Shown in pieces: positions 1 to 9,509 of a stretch of DNA of 52,442 bases. The stretch lies in the NCBI GenBank assembly GCA_964498325.1, contig CAZCHF010000016.1, forward strand, positions 1 to 52,442. Direction: 5' to 3'. The notes below the pieces were generated by a model. That model made no database searches. It was not told the origin of the DNA and saw only the letters and a list, made by a program, of their open reading frames with translations. The translations under genes were made by a program, and so were the position numbers. This DNA comes from an uncultured Candidatus Kuenenia sp. GTDB taxonomy: Bacteria > Planctomycetota > Planctomycetia > Pirellulales > UBA1268. Positions within the stretch are counted from its first letter, which is position 1. Every line of letters begins with the position of its first letter.

Positions 1-707
1 TATCGGCCGTCGCGGCAGGTGGCTTCGACCCGACCGCCGTGGTCAAGATGGTGGGCGCCACGGTCGCCTTCGGACTGTTCGCCGTGTTCATGTTCCGTCC
101 ACTGGTGCTGCCACGGCTCGAGCGGTCGATCACGGCGGATGGCAAACTCCCTGCTGGCGCCTTGTCGCTCGTGCTGGCGGCGATTCTCGTCGCTGCTTGG
201 ACAACAAGCATGATCGGGATCTTCGCGATTCTCGGTGCGTTTCTCTTGGGCGCCTCGCTCTCCGGCTCGGCAAAGCTTCGCGAGGCGGTCAACACCCACC
301 TCATGGATTTTGTCGGCCTCTTTTTCCTGCCCATTTTTTTCACGTTCACCGGCCTGCGAACCAACATTGGCTCGCTCGCCGGCGTGGAAGCCTGGGGCTG
401 GTGTGCGGCAGTGTTTGCCGTCGCAGTGGTTGGCAAATGGGGCGGCTGCGGCATCGCGGCGAGGCTAGGTGGGCTCCCAGCAGGTGAAGCGGCAGCCGTC
501 GGCGTGTTCATGAACACGCGGGCCCTCATGGAACTCATCGTGATCAATGTCGGCATGGATCTGGGCGTGATCCCGCCGGCCGTCTACACGATGCTCGTCC
601 TCATGGCGATTGGCACCACGCTCATGGCCACTCCCCTTGCAGCCCATCTGCTCCGCGGCAGCCAGTACGAGGCGACGCTCGTGAAAACTGGCTTCTTGCG
701 CGGCTGA
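1..707 (+). CDS. Cation:proton antiporter (CPA/Kef-NhaP type), C-terminal membrane portion; 5' end lies outside the window
   Basis: ORF open at the left edge of the window (listed 39..707). Continuous hydrophobic helices and the motif VGMDLGVIPPAVYTMLVLMAIGTTL are typical of Na+/H+ exchanger-family membrane domains. GC3-rich codon use. Confidence 0.65.
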   Translation, partial: SAVAAGGFDPTAVVKMVGATVAFGLFAVFMFRPLVLPRLERSITADGKLPAGALSLVLAAILVAAWTTSMIGIFAILGAFLLGASLSGSAKLREAVNTHLMDFVGLFFLPIFFTFTGLRTNIGSLAGVEAWGWCAAVFAVAVVGKWGGCGIAARLGGLPAGEAAAVGVFMNTRALMELIVINVGMDLGVIPPAVYTMLVLMAIGTTLMATPLAAHLLRGSQYEATLVKTGFLRG

Positions 708-713
708 CGTGTC

Positions 714-1070
714 CTACGACCGGGGTCGCCTCTCGCGCCATAGCATTGCCGCTGACACGGCCGTGGCTGTTGCGGCAAGCGCCACGAGCGTCCACGCCGG
801 TACGATCCGCTCCGGGGCAGCAACTTCACGGTCCACCGCCCCGTCTGCAAGGTCCTCGGCTTTCAGCCCGGCGGCCCGCCGTTGCCGCTCCACCGCGGCC
901 TGTTCGCGGCCGATGTAACGGCTCTCGAGCTGACGCTGTCGCCACTCCCACTTGGGCGCGATCAGAGCAATGCCGACGACCGACATGAGTGAAAACATGA
1001 GTGCCCAGAACCAGCCGCTGTCAGTCAGCGGGGGACGACGGCGATCGTTCTGTGTCGGATCAAGCTTCAT
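714..1070 (-). CDS. Small hypothetical membrane protein (one predicted TM helix, Arg/Glu-rich tail)
   Basis: 118-aa ORF convergent with the antiporter. Contains a hydrophobic stretch WFWALMFSLMSVVGIALIA. No recognisable family. Confidence 0.3.
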   Translation of the reverse strand: MKLDPTQNDRRRPPLTDSGWFWALMFSLMSVVGIALIAPKWEWRQRQLESRYIGREQAAVERQRRAAGLKAEDLADGAVDREVAAPERIVPAWTLVALAATATAVSAAMLWRERRPRS

Positions 1071-1282
1071 TCCAACGCATCGAGCCGAGTTCGAATCATC
1101 CGCTCTGGGCTGCCCGTGTCATTTCGCCGGACGTTCGCTACGGCCATCCCTGGCCTTCGCTTACTCGGAGAAATCTGCGCTTCGCCCTCCGGGCTACGCT
1201 GGCTTTCTACGCCGGCTCCATGACACGGGCGGCCCAGAGCTCGGCCGAACCAAGGTATCGCAGGAATTTTTCGCATAAATAC

Positions 1283-1310
1283 TTGTCAAAAATCCGATCA
1301 ACGCTACATT
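1283..1310 (+). promoter_or_regulatory. Sigma70-like promoter (TTGTCA-16 bp-TACATT) placed so that the sufR-like gene would be leaderless or nearly so
   Basis: Seen in sequence: an AT-rich island with TTGTCA at 1283-1288 and TACATT at 1305-1310. The ATG of the regulator is at 1317, 6 nt after the -10 element. Confidence 0.3.
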
Positions 1311-1316
1311 GAGGTT

Positions 1317-2015
1317 ATGCAGCCGCCAACGAATCAGCCAGACGCCCCCGATGCCCGCTCGAGTGATGCGGCCGTCGTGGATCTTCTCCGGAAGCGGCAG
1401 GCACTGGAAATTGGCGAACTGGCGGAGGCCTTAGAGGTCACAGCAACGGCCGTACGCCAGCGGCTCGAACGCCTCATGAAGGGGGGCTTCGTCGAGCGTT
1501 CCACGGTTTCTCGCCCGCGCGGCCGCCCCGCCCATGCCTACAGGCTGACGGATGCTGGTCGTAGACTCGGCGGCAACAACTTTCGTGACCTTGCCTTGGT
1601 TCTCTGGCGAGAGATCCGCGGGGTTCGCGACCCAGCCGTCAAATCCGGGCTCCTCAAACGGGTCGGCGAGGCACTTGCCGGAGCCTATCGTGACCAGATT
1701 TCTGGGAAAACGACTACGGAAAGGCTCGAAAGCATTGCTTCTATCCTGCGGGAACGGAATATCTGCTGCTCCGTGGAGCAGGCTGCCGGCGATGGAAATC
1801 TCCCGGTCCTCACGAGTCATGCCTGCCCCTACCCCGACCTGGCCGAGGAGGATCGCGGGGTTTGTGCCGCTGAGCGACTCATGCTGCAGGATCTCGTCGG
1901 CTCGGATGTGAGGCTGGCCGAGTGCCGACTCGACGGCGGCGCGACCTGCCGATTCGTCGTGGACGATGGGCCCAAGTCGGAAGCAAAGGCCGGTACTTGC
2001 AGCCCTGGCAGTTAA
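1317..2015 (+). CDS. sufR: Winged-helix (ArsR/DeoR-like) transcriptional regulator with a Cys-rich C-terminal domain, SufR-like
   Basis: N-terminal HTH ([32 protein letters not shown]). C-terminal cysteines (CCSVEQ..C..C) are compatible with an Fe-S sensing domain. Sits at the head of the sufCBD cluster. Confidence 0.55.
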   Translation: MQPPTNQPDAPDARSSDAAVVDLLRKRQALEIGELAEALEVTATAVRQRLERLMKGGFVERSTVSRPRGRPAHAYRLTDAGRRLGGNNFRDLALVLWREIRGVRDPAVKSGLLKRVGEALAGAYRDQISGKTTTERLESIASILRERNICCSVEQAAGDGNLPVLTSHACPYPDLAEEDRGVCAAERLMLQDLVGSDVRLAECRLDGGATCRFVVDDGPKSEAKAGTCSPGS

Positions 2016-2097
2016 CGCGTCGAATGCGTCTCGGATTCCATCACAACCAACTCAACAACCATTCAACGCGACAAAATTTATCCCGGAGCCTGAAGCC

Positions 2098-2745
2098 ATG
2101 AGCGTGACCACCCTCCAACCTCCAACCGTCCCCCAATCCGGCGGCCGCCCTTGGATCGAGGGCCGCTTCGAGGAAAACCTCGTTCTCACGACCGTCGAGC
2201 AGGCGATCAACTGGGCTCGGCAGTCCAGCATTTGGCCGATGACGTTCGGCCTCGCCTGTTGTGCGATCGAAATGATGGCGGCGGGCGCGAGCCGGTATGA
2301 CCTCGACCGCTTCGGTGCCGGCGCCTTCCGGGCCACACCCAGGCAGGCCGACCTCATGATCGTGGCGGGCACGGTCACCTACAAAATGGCCAGCCGCGTT
2401 CGTCGCCTCTACAACCTCATGCCCGATCCAAAATTCGTGATCGCCATGGGCGCCTGCACGACGGGCGGTGGCCCGTACTTCAAGTGGGGCTACCACGTGG
2501 TGAAGGGTGTCGACCTCGTCGTGCCGGTCGACGTCTATGTCCCTGGCTGCCCGCCACGTCCTGAAAGCCTCTTGGAAGGTCTCATGCGAATCCAAGACAA
2601 GATCCTTGGCCAGCGAATCGCCAAGCGGAAGGATGGCCCGGGCAAGATGGCCGACGAACTGCCGGTGCCGCATCACTCGGGCTATGTCGCACCCGCTGTC
2701 GCTAGCGACGAACTCGTCTTCGATCACCAAAAGATTACCGGCTGA
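2098..2745 (+). CDS. nuoB: NADH-quinone oxidoreductase subunit B (NuoB / 20 kDa, [4Fe-4S] N2-type) family protein, standalone
   Basis: Canonical NuoB motifs [38 protein letters not shown] and [16 protein letters not shown] at 2098 (the listed ORF 1966..2745 begins upstream at an alternative start). No other nuo genes adjacent. About 50 aa of C-terminal extension. Confidence 0.85.
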   Translation: MSVTTLQPPTVPQSGGRPWIEGRFEENLVLTTVEQAINWARQSSIWPMTFGLACCAIEMMAAGASRYDLDRFGAGAFRATPRQADLMIVAGTVTYKMASRVRRLYNLMPDPKFVIAMGACTTGGGPYFKWGYHVVKGVDLVVPVDVYVPGCPPRPESLLEGLMRIQDKILGQRIAKRKDGPGKMADELPVPHHSGYVAPAVASDELVFDHQKITG

Positions 2746-2779
2746 AACTGCTGAACACTGAAGGAAAGGGACTGCGTTG

Positions 2780-3628
2780 ATGAGCCAGGCTCGAGACAAA
2801 ATCGTGATCAAGGGTCTTCACGTTGCCGTCGATGGCACGGAGATCCTGCGTGGGGTCGACCTCGAAATCGGCCGTGGTGAAATCCACGCCCTCATGGGCC
2901 CGAACGGCTCCGGCAAGAGCACGCTCGGCTACGCCATCATGGGGCACCCGAACTACGAGGTGACCGCGGGCTCGATCGAGCTTGTCGATGCCGACGGAAC
3001 ATGCCACGACGTCCTCGCGATGGAGCCGGACGAACGGGCCCGTCTCGGGATTTTTCTGGCGTTCCAGCGTCCTATGTCGATCCCCGGGGTGCGGCTGGCC
3101 GAGTTCCTCCGTCACGCCGTCACGAACGTGCGCAATCCCGACCGCAAGGAAGGGGAAGAACTCATGCCGATGAAGGAGTTTCGAAGCGAGCTCAAGTCGA
3201 AGATGGCTGAGCTGTCGATGGACCCCGACTTTGCCCGACGGTATGTCAATGACGGCTTTTCTGGCGGCGAGATGAAGCGAGCCGAAATCCTTCAGCTCGC
3301 GATGCTTCAACCGCGGTTCGCGATCCTGGACGAGACCGACAGCGGCCTCGACGCCGACGCGGTGCGGCTGGCGAGCGAGAGTATCGCGAGAATCGGCGGC
3401 GCTCAGATGGGCATCCTCATCATTACGCACCACGAGCAACTGCTCGAACACAATATCCCACTCAAAACGCACGTCATGCTCGGGGGGCGGATCGTTGAAT
3501 CTGGCGGCCCGGAGTTGGCGGCCGAGCTTCACAAGCGGGGCTACGAGCGCATCCGAGCCGCTTACCCTGAGGCTGCTGCGGTCGAGCGGGCGATGGAAGA
3601 AGCGAAGGCCGAAGCGGTCACCGCCTGA
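2780..3628 (+). CDS. sufC: Fe-S cluster assembly ATPase SufC
   Basis: Walker A GPNGSGKST, ABC signature FSGGEMKR, and the SufC-typical start KIVIKGLHV. The first ATG is at 2780; the listed 2777 is a TTG. Confidence 0.95.
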   Translation: MSQARDKIVIKGLHVAVDGTEILRGVDLEIGRGEIHALMGPNGSGKSTLGYAIMGHPNYEVTAGSIELVDADGTCHDVLAMEPDERARLGIFLAFQRPMSIPGVRLAEFLRHAVTNVRNPDRKEGEELMPMKEFRSELKSKMAELSMDPDFARRYVNDGFSGGEMKRAEILQLAMLQPRFAILDETDSGLDADAVRLASESIARIGGAQMGILIITHHEQLLEHNIPLKTHVMLGGRIVESGGPELAAELHKRGYERIRAAYPEAAAVERAMEEAKAEAVTA

Positions 3629-3664
3629 GCGAAGAAACACCACACGACGAAAGAAGGCGAGACC

Positions 3665-5077
3665 ATGGCAACTGGACTTGACGATACCGCGACGGCGACG
3701 ATCGGCGAGATCAATAAGTACGACTTTCGTACGGACACGCCCTCCGTGTTCAAGGCCCGCAAGGGGCTTGATGCGGAGATCGTCGCTCAGATCTCGGAGA
3801 TGAAGGGCGAGCCTGGCTGGATGCGGGATTTCCGCCTCGAGTCGTTCGAGATCTTCGAGAGCAAGCCGATGCCCAAATGGGGCGGCAACGTCGCGATTGA
3901 TTTCCAAGACATCTACTACTACCTCAAGCCCACCGAGCATCAGGGCAAAACGTGGGAAGAAGTGCCTGATGCGATCAAGAAAACGTTCGACCGACTGGGC
4001 ATCCCGGAGGCCGAGCGCAAGTTCCTGGCCGGCGTGAAGGCCCAATTCGAGAGCGAAGTGGTCTACGGATCGCTTCAGGAGGATCTCTCCAAGAAGGGCG
4101 TGATCTTCACCGACACCGACACGGCGGTCCGCGAGCACTCCGACCTCCTGCGCGAATACTTCGGCACGATCATCCCTCCGACCGACAACAAGTTCGCGGC
4201 GCTCAACTCCGCCGTTTGGTCGGGGGGGTCGTTCATCTACGTTCCCAAGGGCGTCAACATCGAGTTTCCGCTCCAGGCGTATTTCCGAATCAACGCCGAG
4301 AACATGGGGCAGTTCGAGCGCACGTTGATCATCGTGGACGAAGGCGCCCACGTGCACTACGTCGAGGGCTGTACCGCACCGATGTATTCCTCGGAAAGCC
4401 TCCACTCGGCGGTCGTCGAGATCGTGGTGAAGAAGCACGGTCGCTGCCGGTACACGACGATCCAGAACTGGGCCAACAACATCTACAACCTGGTCACCAA
4501 GCGGGCGATGGCCTACGAGGGAGCCCTCATGGAGTGGATCGACGGCAACCTGGGTAGCCACCTCACCATGAAATACCCGGCCGTCTACCTCATGGAGCCA
4601 GGGGCGCGCGGCGAGATTCTCTCGATCGCCTTTGCTTCCTCGGGCCAGCACCAGGATGCCGGGGCCAAGATCGTGCACGCGGCCCCGAACACGAGCGGCC
4701 GGATCGTCTCCAAGAGCATCTCGAAGAACGGCGGCCGTGCCAGCTACCGTGGCCTCGTGAAGGTCGAGCCAGGAGCACACGGAAGCCGGTCAAGCGTCGT
4801 TTGCGACGCGCTCATCCTCGATGACAAGAGCCGCAGCGACACCTATCCCTACATCGAGATCGAGGAGCAAGATGTCTCGATCGGCCACGAGGCGAGTGTC
4901 TCGAAGATCGGCGAGGAGCAGCTCTTTTATCTCATGAGCCGTGGCCTCACCGAAGCCGAGGCCAGCGCCATGATCGTGGGTGGTTTCATCGAGCCGCTCG
5001 TGAAGGAGCTGCCGATGGAATACGCCGTTGAAATGAACAAGCTCATCCAATTGCAGATGGAGGGTTCGGTCGGCTGA
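3665..5077 (+). CDS. sufB: Fe-S cluster assembly scaffold protein SufB
   Basis: 470 aa with the characteristic SufB C-terminal beta-helix region ([13 protein letters not shown] ... [12 protein letters not shown] ... [20 protein letters not shown]). Confidence 0.95.
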   Translation: MATGLDDTATATIGEINKYDFRTDTPSVFKARKGLDAEIVAQISEMKGEPGWMRDFRLESFEIFESKPMPKWGGNVAIDFQDIYYYLKPTEHQGKTWEEVPDAIKKTFDRLGIPEAERKFLAGVKAQFESEVVYGSLQEDLSKKGVIFTDTDTAVREHSDLLREYFGTIIPPTDNKFAALNSAVWSGGSFIYVPKGVNIEFPLQAYFRINAENMGQFERTLIIVDEGAHVHYVEGCTAPMYSSESLHSAVVEIVVKKHGRCRYTTIQNWANNIYNLVTKRAMAYEGALMEWIDGNLGSHLTMKYPAVYLMEPGARGEILSIAFASSGQHQDAGAKIVHAAPNTSGRIVSKSISKNGGRASYRGLVKVEPGAHGSRSSVVCDALILDDKSRSDTYPYIEIEEQDVSIGHEASVSKIGEEQLFYLMSRGLTEAEASAMIVGGFIEPLVKELPMEYAVEMNKLIQLQMEGSVG

Positions 5078-5109
5078 CCCCGCCCGTTGCCTTCCCCACG
5101 GAAAACCCG

Positions 5110-6501
5110 ATGCCCACCGCGACCGCCACTCCACCGTCCTCCGTCCTGAGCCGTTTTGATGCGGCCGGGTTTGATCGTTTTCTGGCCACTTGCCCCGGTG
5201 CGGAATGGTTTACGGCCCTCCGCCGTGAAGCATTCACCGCGTTTGCCTCGCTCGGTCTCCCCGACCGCCGCAGCGAACACTGGATGCGAACCGACCTGCG
5301 GGCGTTCAAGCCGAACGCGTGGGGGTTTGCAGAGCAGCCGGCCGAGTTCGCTGCGCCGCGTGGCCTGCTTGCCGAGGCGATCGAATCGGGGGCTGTCGGA
5401 GAAGACTGCTTCCCGTCGGCCGGATCCCGACCGACGTCAACGAAACTCGCCGGTCGCTTTGTCTCCGTCGATGGCCATGTCGTTCGTGACGAACTTGCCC
5501 CAGAGCTCGCGGCCTGCGGCGTACGGTTCGGGGCTGCTGAGCCGATCCTCACCAGTCTCGAAGGCGAACTTCGCCGCCACTGGTTTTCCGTGATTGACTC
5601 CCGGAGCGACTGGTTCGCGGCTCTTCATGCTGCGTTCCATCGGGCAAGCGCCATCCTTTATGTGCCGCCGGGCGTGACGGTGTCGGAGCCGCTGCACGTC
5701 CTTGCTGCCATCACCCCTGGCGGTGTCGACACGTCGCACGTGCTTGTCGTCTTGGGCGAAGGGGCGACGGCCACGGTGCTCACCGAAACTGCGGGTGGCG
5801 GGCCCGCCGGGTCGACAGGTGGTTTTCACTGCGGCGGCACCGAGATCGTGGTTGGCCGCGGGGCATCGCTGCGGATGGTCAATCTCCAAAATTGGAACAC
5901 GGGCGTCTGGCACGTCGCGCGGCAGAAGGCTGTCGTTCACGCCGGCGGTCGGCTCCAGTGGACTCTCGGGGCACTCGGAAGTCGCATGTCGCAGGTGGCC
6001 CAAGACGTCGCCCTCGTCGGGCGCGAGGCCGAGGCCCAGGTCAACGGCGTGATGTTCACCGAGGGTCGTCAGCACCTCGTCTACAACACGCTGCAGCACC
6101 ATATGGCTCCATCGTGCAAGAGCGACCTGCTCTACAAGGGAGCCCTCCAGGATCGCTCGCGACTCGTGTGGCGCGGCATGATCAAGGTCGACAAGGGCGC
6201 GCAGAAGACCGACGGCTATCAGCGCAATGACAACCTCATGCTGTCGAACGAGTCGCGGGCCGACTCGATCCCGGGTCTCGAGATCGAAGCCGATGACGTT
6301 CGCTGCACCCACGGGGCCACCAACGGCCGGGTCGACGCCGAGCAGGTCTTTTACGCCCAGGCCCGCGGCCTGACTGCCGATGAGGCCGCGCGACTCGTCG
6401 TGGCCGGCTTCTTTCAGCAGGTATTTGATCGGATCACTATTCCGGAGGTGCGTGAGGCCCTGGCCCGCGCCGTTTCGAGCCGGATCCGTCGAATTCGATA
6501 A
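5110..6501 (+). CDS. sufD: Fe-S cluster assembly protein SufD
   Basis: 463 aa, paralogous to SufB (C-terminal ...CTHGATNGRVDAEQVFYAQARGL...). Immediately follows sufB. Confidence 0.9.
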   Translation: MPTATATPPSSVLSRFDAAGFDRFLATCPGAEWFTALRREAFTAFASLGLPDRRSEHWMRTDLRAFKPNAWGFAEQPAEFAAPRGLLAEAIESGAVGEDCFPSAGSRPTSTKLAGRFVSVDGHVVRDELAPELAACGVRFGAAEPILTSLEGELRRHWFSVIDSRSDWFAALHAAFHRASAILYVPPGVTVSEPLHVLAAITPGGVDTSHVLVVLGEGATATVLTETAGGGPAGSTGGFHCGGTEIVVGRGASLRMVNLQNWNTGVWHVARQKAVVHAGGRLQWTLGALGSRMSQVAQDVALVGREAEAQVNGVMFTEGRQHLVYNTLQHHMAPSCKSDLLYKGALQDRSRLVWRGMIKVDKGAQKTDGYQRNDNLMLSNESRADSIPGLEIEADDVRCTHGATNGRVDAEQVFYAQARGLTADEAARLVVAGFFQQVFDRITIPEVREALARAVSSRIRRIR

Positions 6502-6504
6502 TGA

Positions 6505-6556
6505 GGCCGGCGGGCCATCCATGGCCCCGGCGGCCTTTGCGGCCCTCCGGCCGCGG
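6505..6556. repeat. GC-rich twin-hairpin palindromic element (copy 1), located 3 nt after the sufD stop codon; terminator-like or REP-like
   Basis: Seen in sequence: ggccggcgggccatccatggccccggcggcc forms an imperfect hairpin, followed by the gcggccctccggccgc palindrome. Near-identical to the copy at 7390-7440. Confidence 0.5.
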
Positions 6557-6612
6557 CTCGCTCCTCCGGGCTCGCCAGACCGTTCATTTCCTCTCCACTA
6601 TGGATTTCCACG

Positions 6613-7383
6613 ATGCACAAATTTGAGCGGGTGATTGAAGCCACCGAAGTTCCCGATCCGGGGAAGACACTCGTCGAGGTGGAAGGGGAGATGGTCGCGC
6701 TCTTCCATGTGGGCGGGCAGTGGTACGCCCTCGATGACGTCTGTACCCATGACGGCGGCCCCCTCGCCGACGGCGAGCTTCGTGATTACCGCATCGCCTG
6801 CCCGCGGCACGGCGCGAAGTTCGACATCCGAACGGGCGCCGCCCTCACCATGCCGGCGGTTCGCCCCACGCGTTCACACGAAGTCAAGGTGGAGGATGGC
6901 GGCGTGTGGGTGAGGCTCCGGGACGTCGCGACAGCGAATGGACCGGCGGCGCACGCCGTCGGGATGACATCGGCATCGCCCCCCTCCCCTGCCCCGACCT
7001 CTGCTTCAAATCCTTCCGGTGACGCGACAAGTCAGCCCGTCAGTGTCGCTCCCGCAACTGGCCCCCTCTGCGAAGACACGGTTCGCGAGACGCTCAAGGA
7101 GGTCAAAGATCCAGAGCTTTTCGTGAACATCGTCGACCTCGGCTTGATCTATGACGTCTCGATCACCCCTGGCTCGACCGACACGGCAAAACATGCGCTG
7201 ACCATCAACATGACGATGACGAGCCCGGCTTGCCCTGCCGGTCCTCAACTCATCGCTGACACGAAGCGAGTGCTCGGCCAGCGCCCCGACGTGGAGAGCG
7301 TCGAGGTCCGCATCGTCATGGATCCCCCGTGGACGCCCGACCGGATGACCGAGGCCGCTCGCGACCAACTGGGCATTTTCTAG
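6613..7383 (+). CDS. Rieske [2Fe-2S] ferredoxin domain fused to a SufT/DUF59 (MIP18-family Fe-S assembly) domain
   Basis: N-terminal Rieske motifs CTHDGGPL...CPRHGAKF. A Pro/Ser-rich linker. C-terminal DUF59 hallmarks (VKDPELFVNIVDLGLIYDV...TMTSPACPAGP...). Last gene of the suf cluster. Confidence 0.85.
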   Translation: MHKFERVIEATEVPDPGKTLVEVEGEMVALFHVGGQWYALDDVCTHDGGPLADGELRDYRIACPRHGAKFDIRTGAALTMPAVRPTRSHEVKVEDGGVWVRLRDVATANGPAAHAVGMTSASPPSPAPTSASNPSGDATSQPVSVAPATGPLCEDTVRETLKEVKDPELFVNIVDLGLIYDVSITPGSTDTAKHALTINMTMTSPACPAGPQLIADTKRVLGQRPDVESVEVRIVMDPPWTPDRMTEAARDQLGIF

Positions 7384-7389
7384 CTTTAC

Positions 7390-7440
7390 GGCCGGCGGGC
7401 CATCCATGGCCCCGGCGGCCTCTGCGGCCCTCCGGCCGCC
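7390..7440. repeat. GC-rich twin-hairpin palindromic element (copy 2), located 7 nt after the stop codon of the Rieske-SufT gene
   Basis: About 50 nt, nearly identical to 6505-6556 (one substitution, ctttgc to cctctg, in the shared core). Direct repeats flank the Rieske-SufT gene. Confidence 0.5.
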
Positions 7441-7466
7441 GCTGCGATATGGCACACTGATCCGTC

Positions 7467-8459
7467 ATGCGTGTGCTTCTTTATGAGTGGTGCTGTTCCG
7501 GTGGGCTCGTAGGCGGCGACGATTCGATCGCAGCTGAAGGTCGAATGATGCTCGAGGCCTTGGTCGCCGATGCAGCCAAGAATGCGGCCCTTGAGATCGC
7601 CGTGCTCGTCGACACGGTGCCCCCTCTGACACTCCCGCCGCAGGCCCGCATAATTCCAGTGCCGCCGGGCCACGATGCCGAAGCGCTGGTTGCCGCGGCG
7701 CTCGACGCCGACTGGACGATCATCGTGGCTCCAGAGAGCGACGGGATTCTCCTCGACCGTATTCGACGCGTCCGTGCGGCAGGAGGGCGAGTTGTGGCAC
7801 CCCAAGACCGCGTGATCGATGTCTGTTCCGACAAACAGGCCACGATCGACGCCCTCGCAGCCCATGGCGTTCCCGTTCCAGCCGGTCGTGCACTCGAACC
7901 CGGCATGCCGATCCCACCGGGCTTCCACATGCCGGCCGTACGGAAAGCCCGCACTGGCTGCGGCTGCGCAGACCTCTCCTTCGTGAGCTCATCGGAGGTC
8001 ACGGCGACTGCAGTGCCCACGCGGCTCGAAGCCTTCGTGCAAGGAACTCCCGTCGGTGTCTCGCTGCTGGCAGGGCCTCTGGGGCCTGTGGCACTCCCTC
8101 CCATGCAGCAACGTTTTTCGGTCGACGATTCCCCGCGGTATCTCGGGAGCGATGTGCTGGCTGACGACGAGGCTGCCGCCCGCGCGACCGCCCTGGCGAC
8201 GCGAGCCGCCCATGCCATCGATGCCGATGGCGGCTGGATCGGCGTCGATCTCGTTCTTGGCGAGCGGCCCGACGGCCGCGACGACCGTGTTCTCGAAATC
8301 AACCCACGGATGACGACATCGATCGCAGGGCAGACGTCCCTGTTTGCATCGAGCCTCGTCGCGGCCATGATCGAGGCTGCCGAGGGACGGTCGCCGTGCC
8401 TTGAAAGAGCTTTTTCGTCCGGACCGCGTCCGGGATCGTTTTCGCTCCCTGTCGCCTGA
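7467..8459 (+). CDS. ATP-grasp superfamily protein (carboligase-like)
   Basis: ATP-grasp C-terminal motifs (GWIGVDLVLGERPDGRDDRVLEINPRMTTS). Architecture and context resemble the ATP-grasp accessory gene (orf7-like) of H4MPT-linked C1-transfer clusters. Confidence 0.65.
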   Translation: MRVLLYEWCCSGGLVGGDDSIAAEGRMMLEALVADAAKNAALEIAVLVDTVPPLTLPPQARIIPVPPGHDAEALVAAALDADWTIIVAPESDGILLDRIRRVRAAGGRVVAPQDRVIDVCSDKQATIDALAAHGVPVPAGRALEPGMPIPPGFHMPAVRKARTGCGCADLSFVSSSEVTATAVPTRLEAFVQGTPVGVSLLAGPLGPVALPPMQQRFSVDDSPRYLGSDVLADDEAAARATALATRAAHAIDADGGWIGVDLVLGERPDGRDDRVLEINPRMTTSIAGQTSLFASSLVAAMIEAAEGRSPCLERAFSSGPRPGSFSLPVA

Positions 8460-8477
8460 CCGGAGACCGACGACTCC

Positions 8478-9509
8478 ATGCAGCTTCGTTCTGACGCTAT
8501 CGCCTTCGACATCGGCGGCGCCAATATCAAGGCGACCAATGGCACGGACTGGGTGGCGACCATCCCGTTCCCTCTCTGGAAGCGCTGGAAGGAGCTCCCC
8601 GACGCACTCGGCTCGCTGACTGAAAAGCATCGCCCGATCCGGCTCGTCGCGACGATGACCGGGGAGATTTGTGACTGCTACCCGTCGCGAGAGGCTGGAG
8701 TGGCGCATATCGTCCAATCGCTGATCACGGCGTCGGATGCCGTGGGGTGCCGTGAGACTCCCGGCGTGTACCTCGTGGATGGACGGATCGTTCCTGCCGC
8801 AGAGGCCACTCGAGCCTGGCCGCTGGCATCGGCATCGAACTGGCACGCCGTCGCGCGCCTGGCCGGTTCCATCGCGCCGACGGCTCGGGTGTTTCTCGTC
8901 GATACAGGGTCGACGACCACCGACATCATCCCCGTGGATCACGGAACCCCTGTGCCCCTTGCGTTCGACGACCCGGGGCGAATGCGATCCGGTGAGCTCG
9001 TCTACACGGGCATGGAGCGAACGGCGGTGGCGGCCATCGTCCGGCGGCTTCCCCATCGCAATATCTGGCGCCGGGTGGCAAGCGAGCTCTTTGCCGAGTC
9101 GCGCGACGCCTGGCTCACCCTCGGCGAGATTCCTGCCAACGCCGACGCCCATGACACGGCTGACGGCGGTCCGGCCACCCGCGCGGCGGCCAGGGTCCGA
9201 CTCGCCCGCATGATGCTCCTCGATCCCGATGCCTTCGACGAGCGGGATGCGATCGTCGCCGCGTCGTGGATCGCTGACCGACAGGCGGCGCAGGTTGCGC
9301 GGGCTGCCCGCCGCGTGGCCAAGGCGATCGGTTGGATTCCTGATGCGTTCGTGATTTCCGGGCACGGCGACGCCCTGGTCGCCCGAGCCATTGCAGCGAC
9401 CGGATGGCATCCGCGACGCGTTTCGATTGCCGAAACCATCGGCCTGAACGGAGCCAGGGTCGCGCCCGCGTGGGCCCTGGCCCTCATCGCCCGCGGAGCG
9501 ATCCCATGA
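8478..9509 (+). CDS. Hydantoinase/oxoprolinase-N-like protein (H4MPT-linked C1 transfer pathway orf5-like)
   Basis: An ASKHA-like N-terminus IAFDIGGANIKAT, and ...FLVDTGSTTTDIIPV... typical of hydantoinase_A-like proteins that co-occur with an ATP-grasp gene. Confidence 0.55.
   Translation: MQLRSDAIAFDIGGANIKATNGTDWVATIPFPLWKRWKELPDALGSLTEKHRPIRLVATMTGEICDCYPSREAGVAHIVQSLITASDAVGCRETPGVYLVDGRIVPAAEATRAWPLASASNWHAVARLAGSIAPTARVFLVDTGSTTTDIIPVDHGTPVPLAFDDPGRMRSGELVYTGMERTAVAAIVRRLPHRNIWRRVASELFAESRDAWLTLGEIPANADAHDTADGGPATRAAARVRLARMMLLDPDAFDERDAIVAASWIADRQAAQVARAARRVAKAIGWIPDAFVISGHGDALVARAIAATGWHPRRVSIAETIGLNGARVAPAWALALIARGAIP

Noticed and set aside
2735-4780. 681-aa ORF on the minus strand
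   Set aside because: Entirely antisense to sufC and sufB, which carry unmistakable conserved motifs. The translation is low-complexity and Arg/Gly/Asp/Leu-rich, a typical GC-rich shadow ORF.
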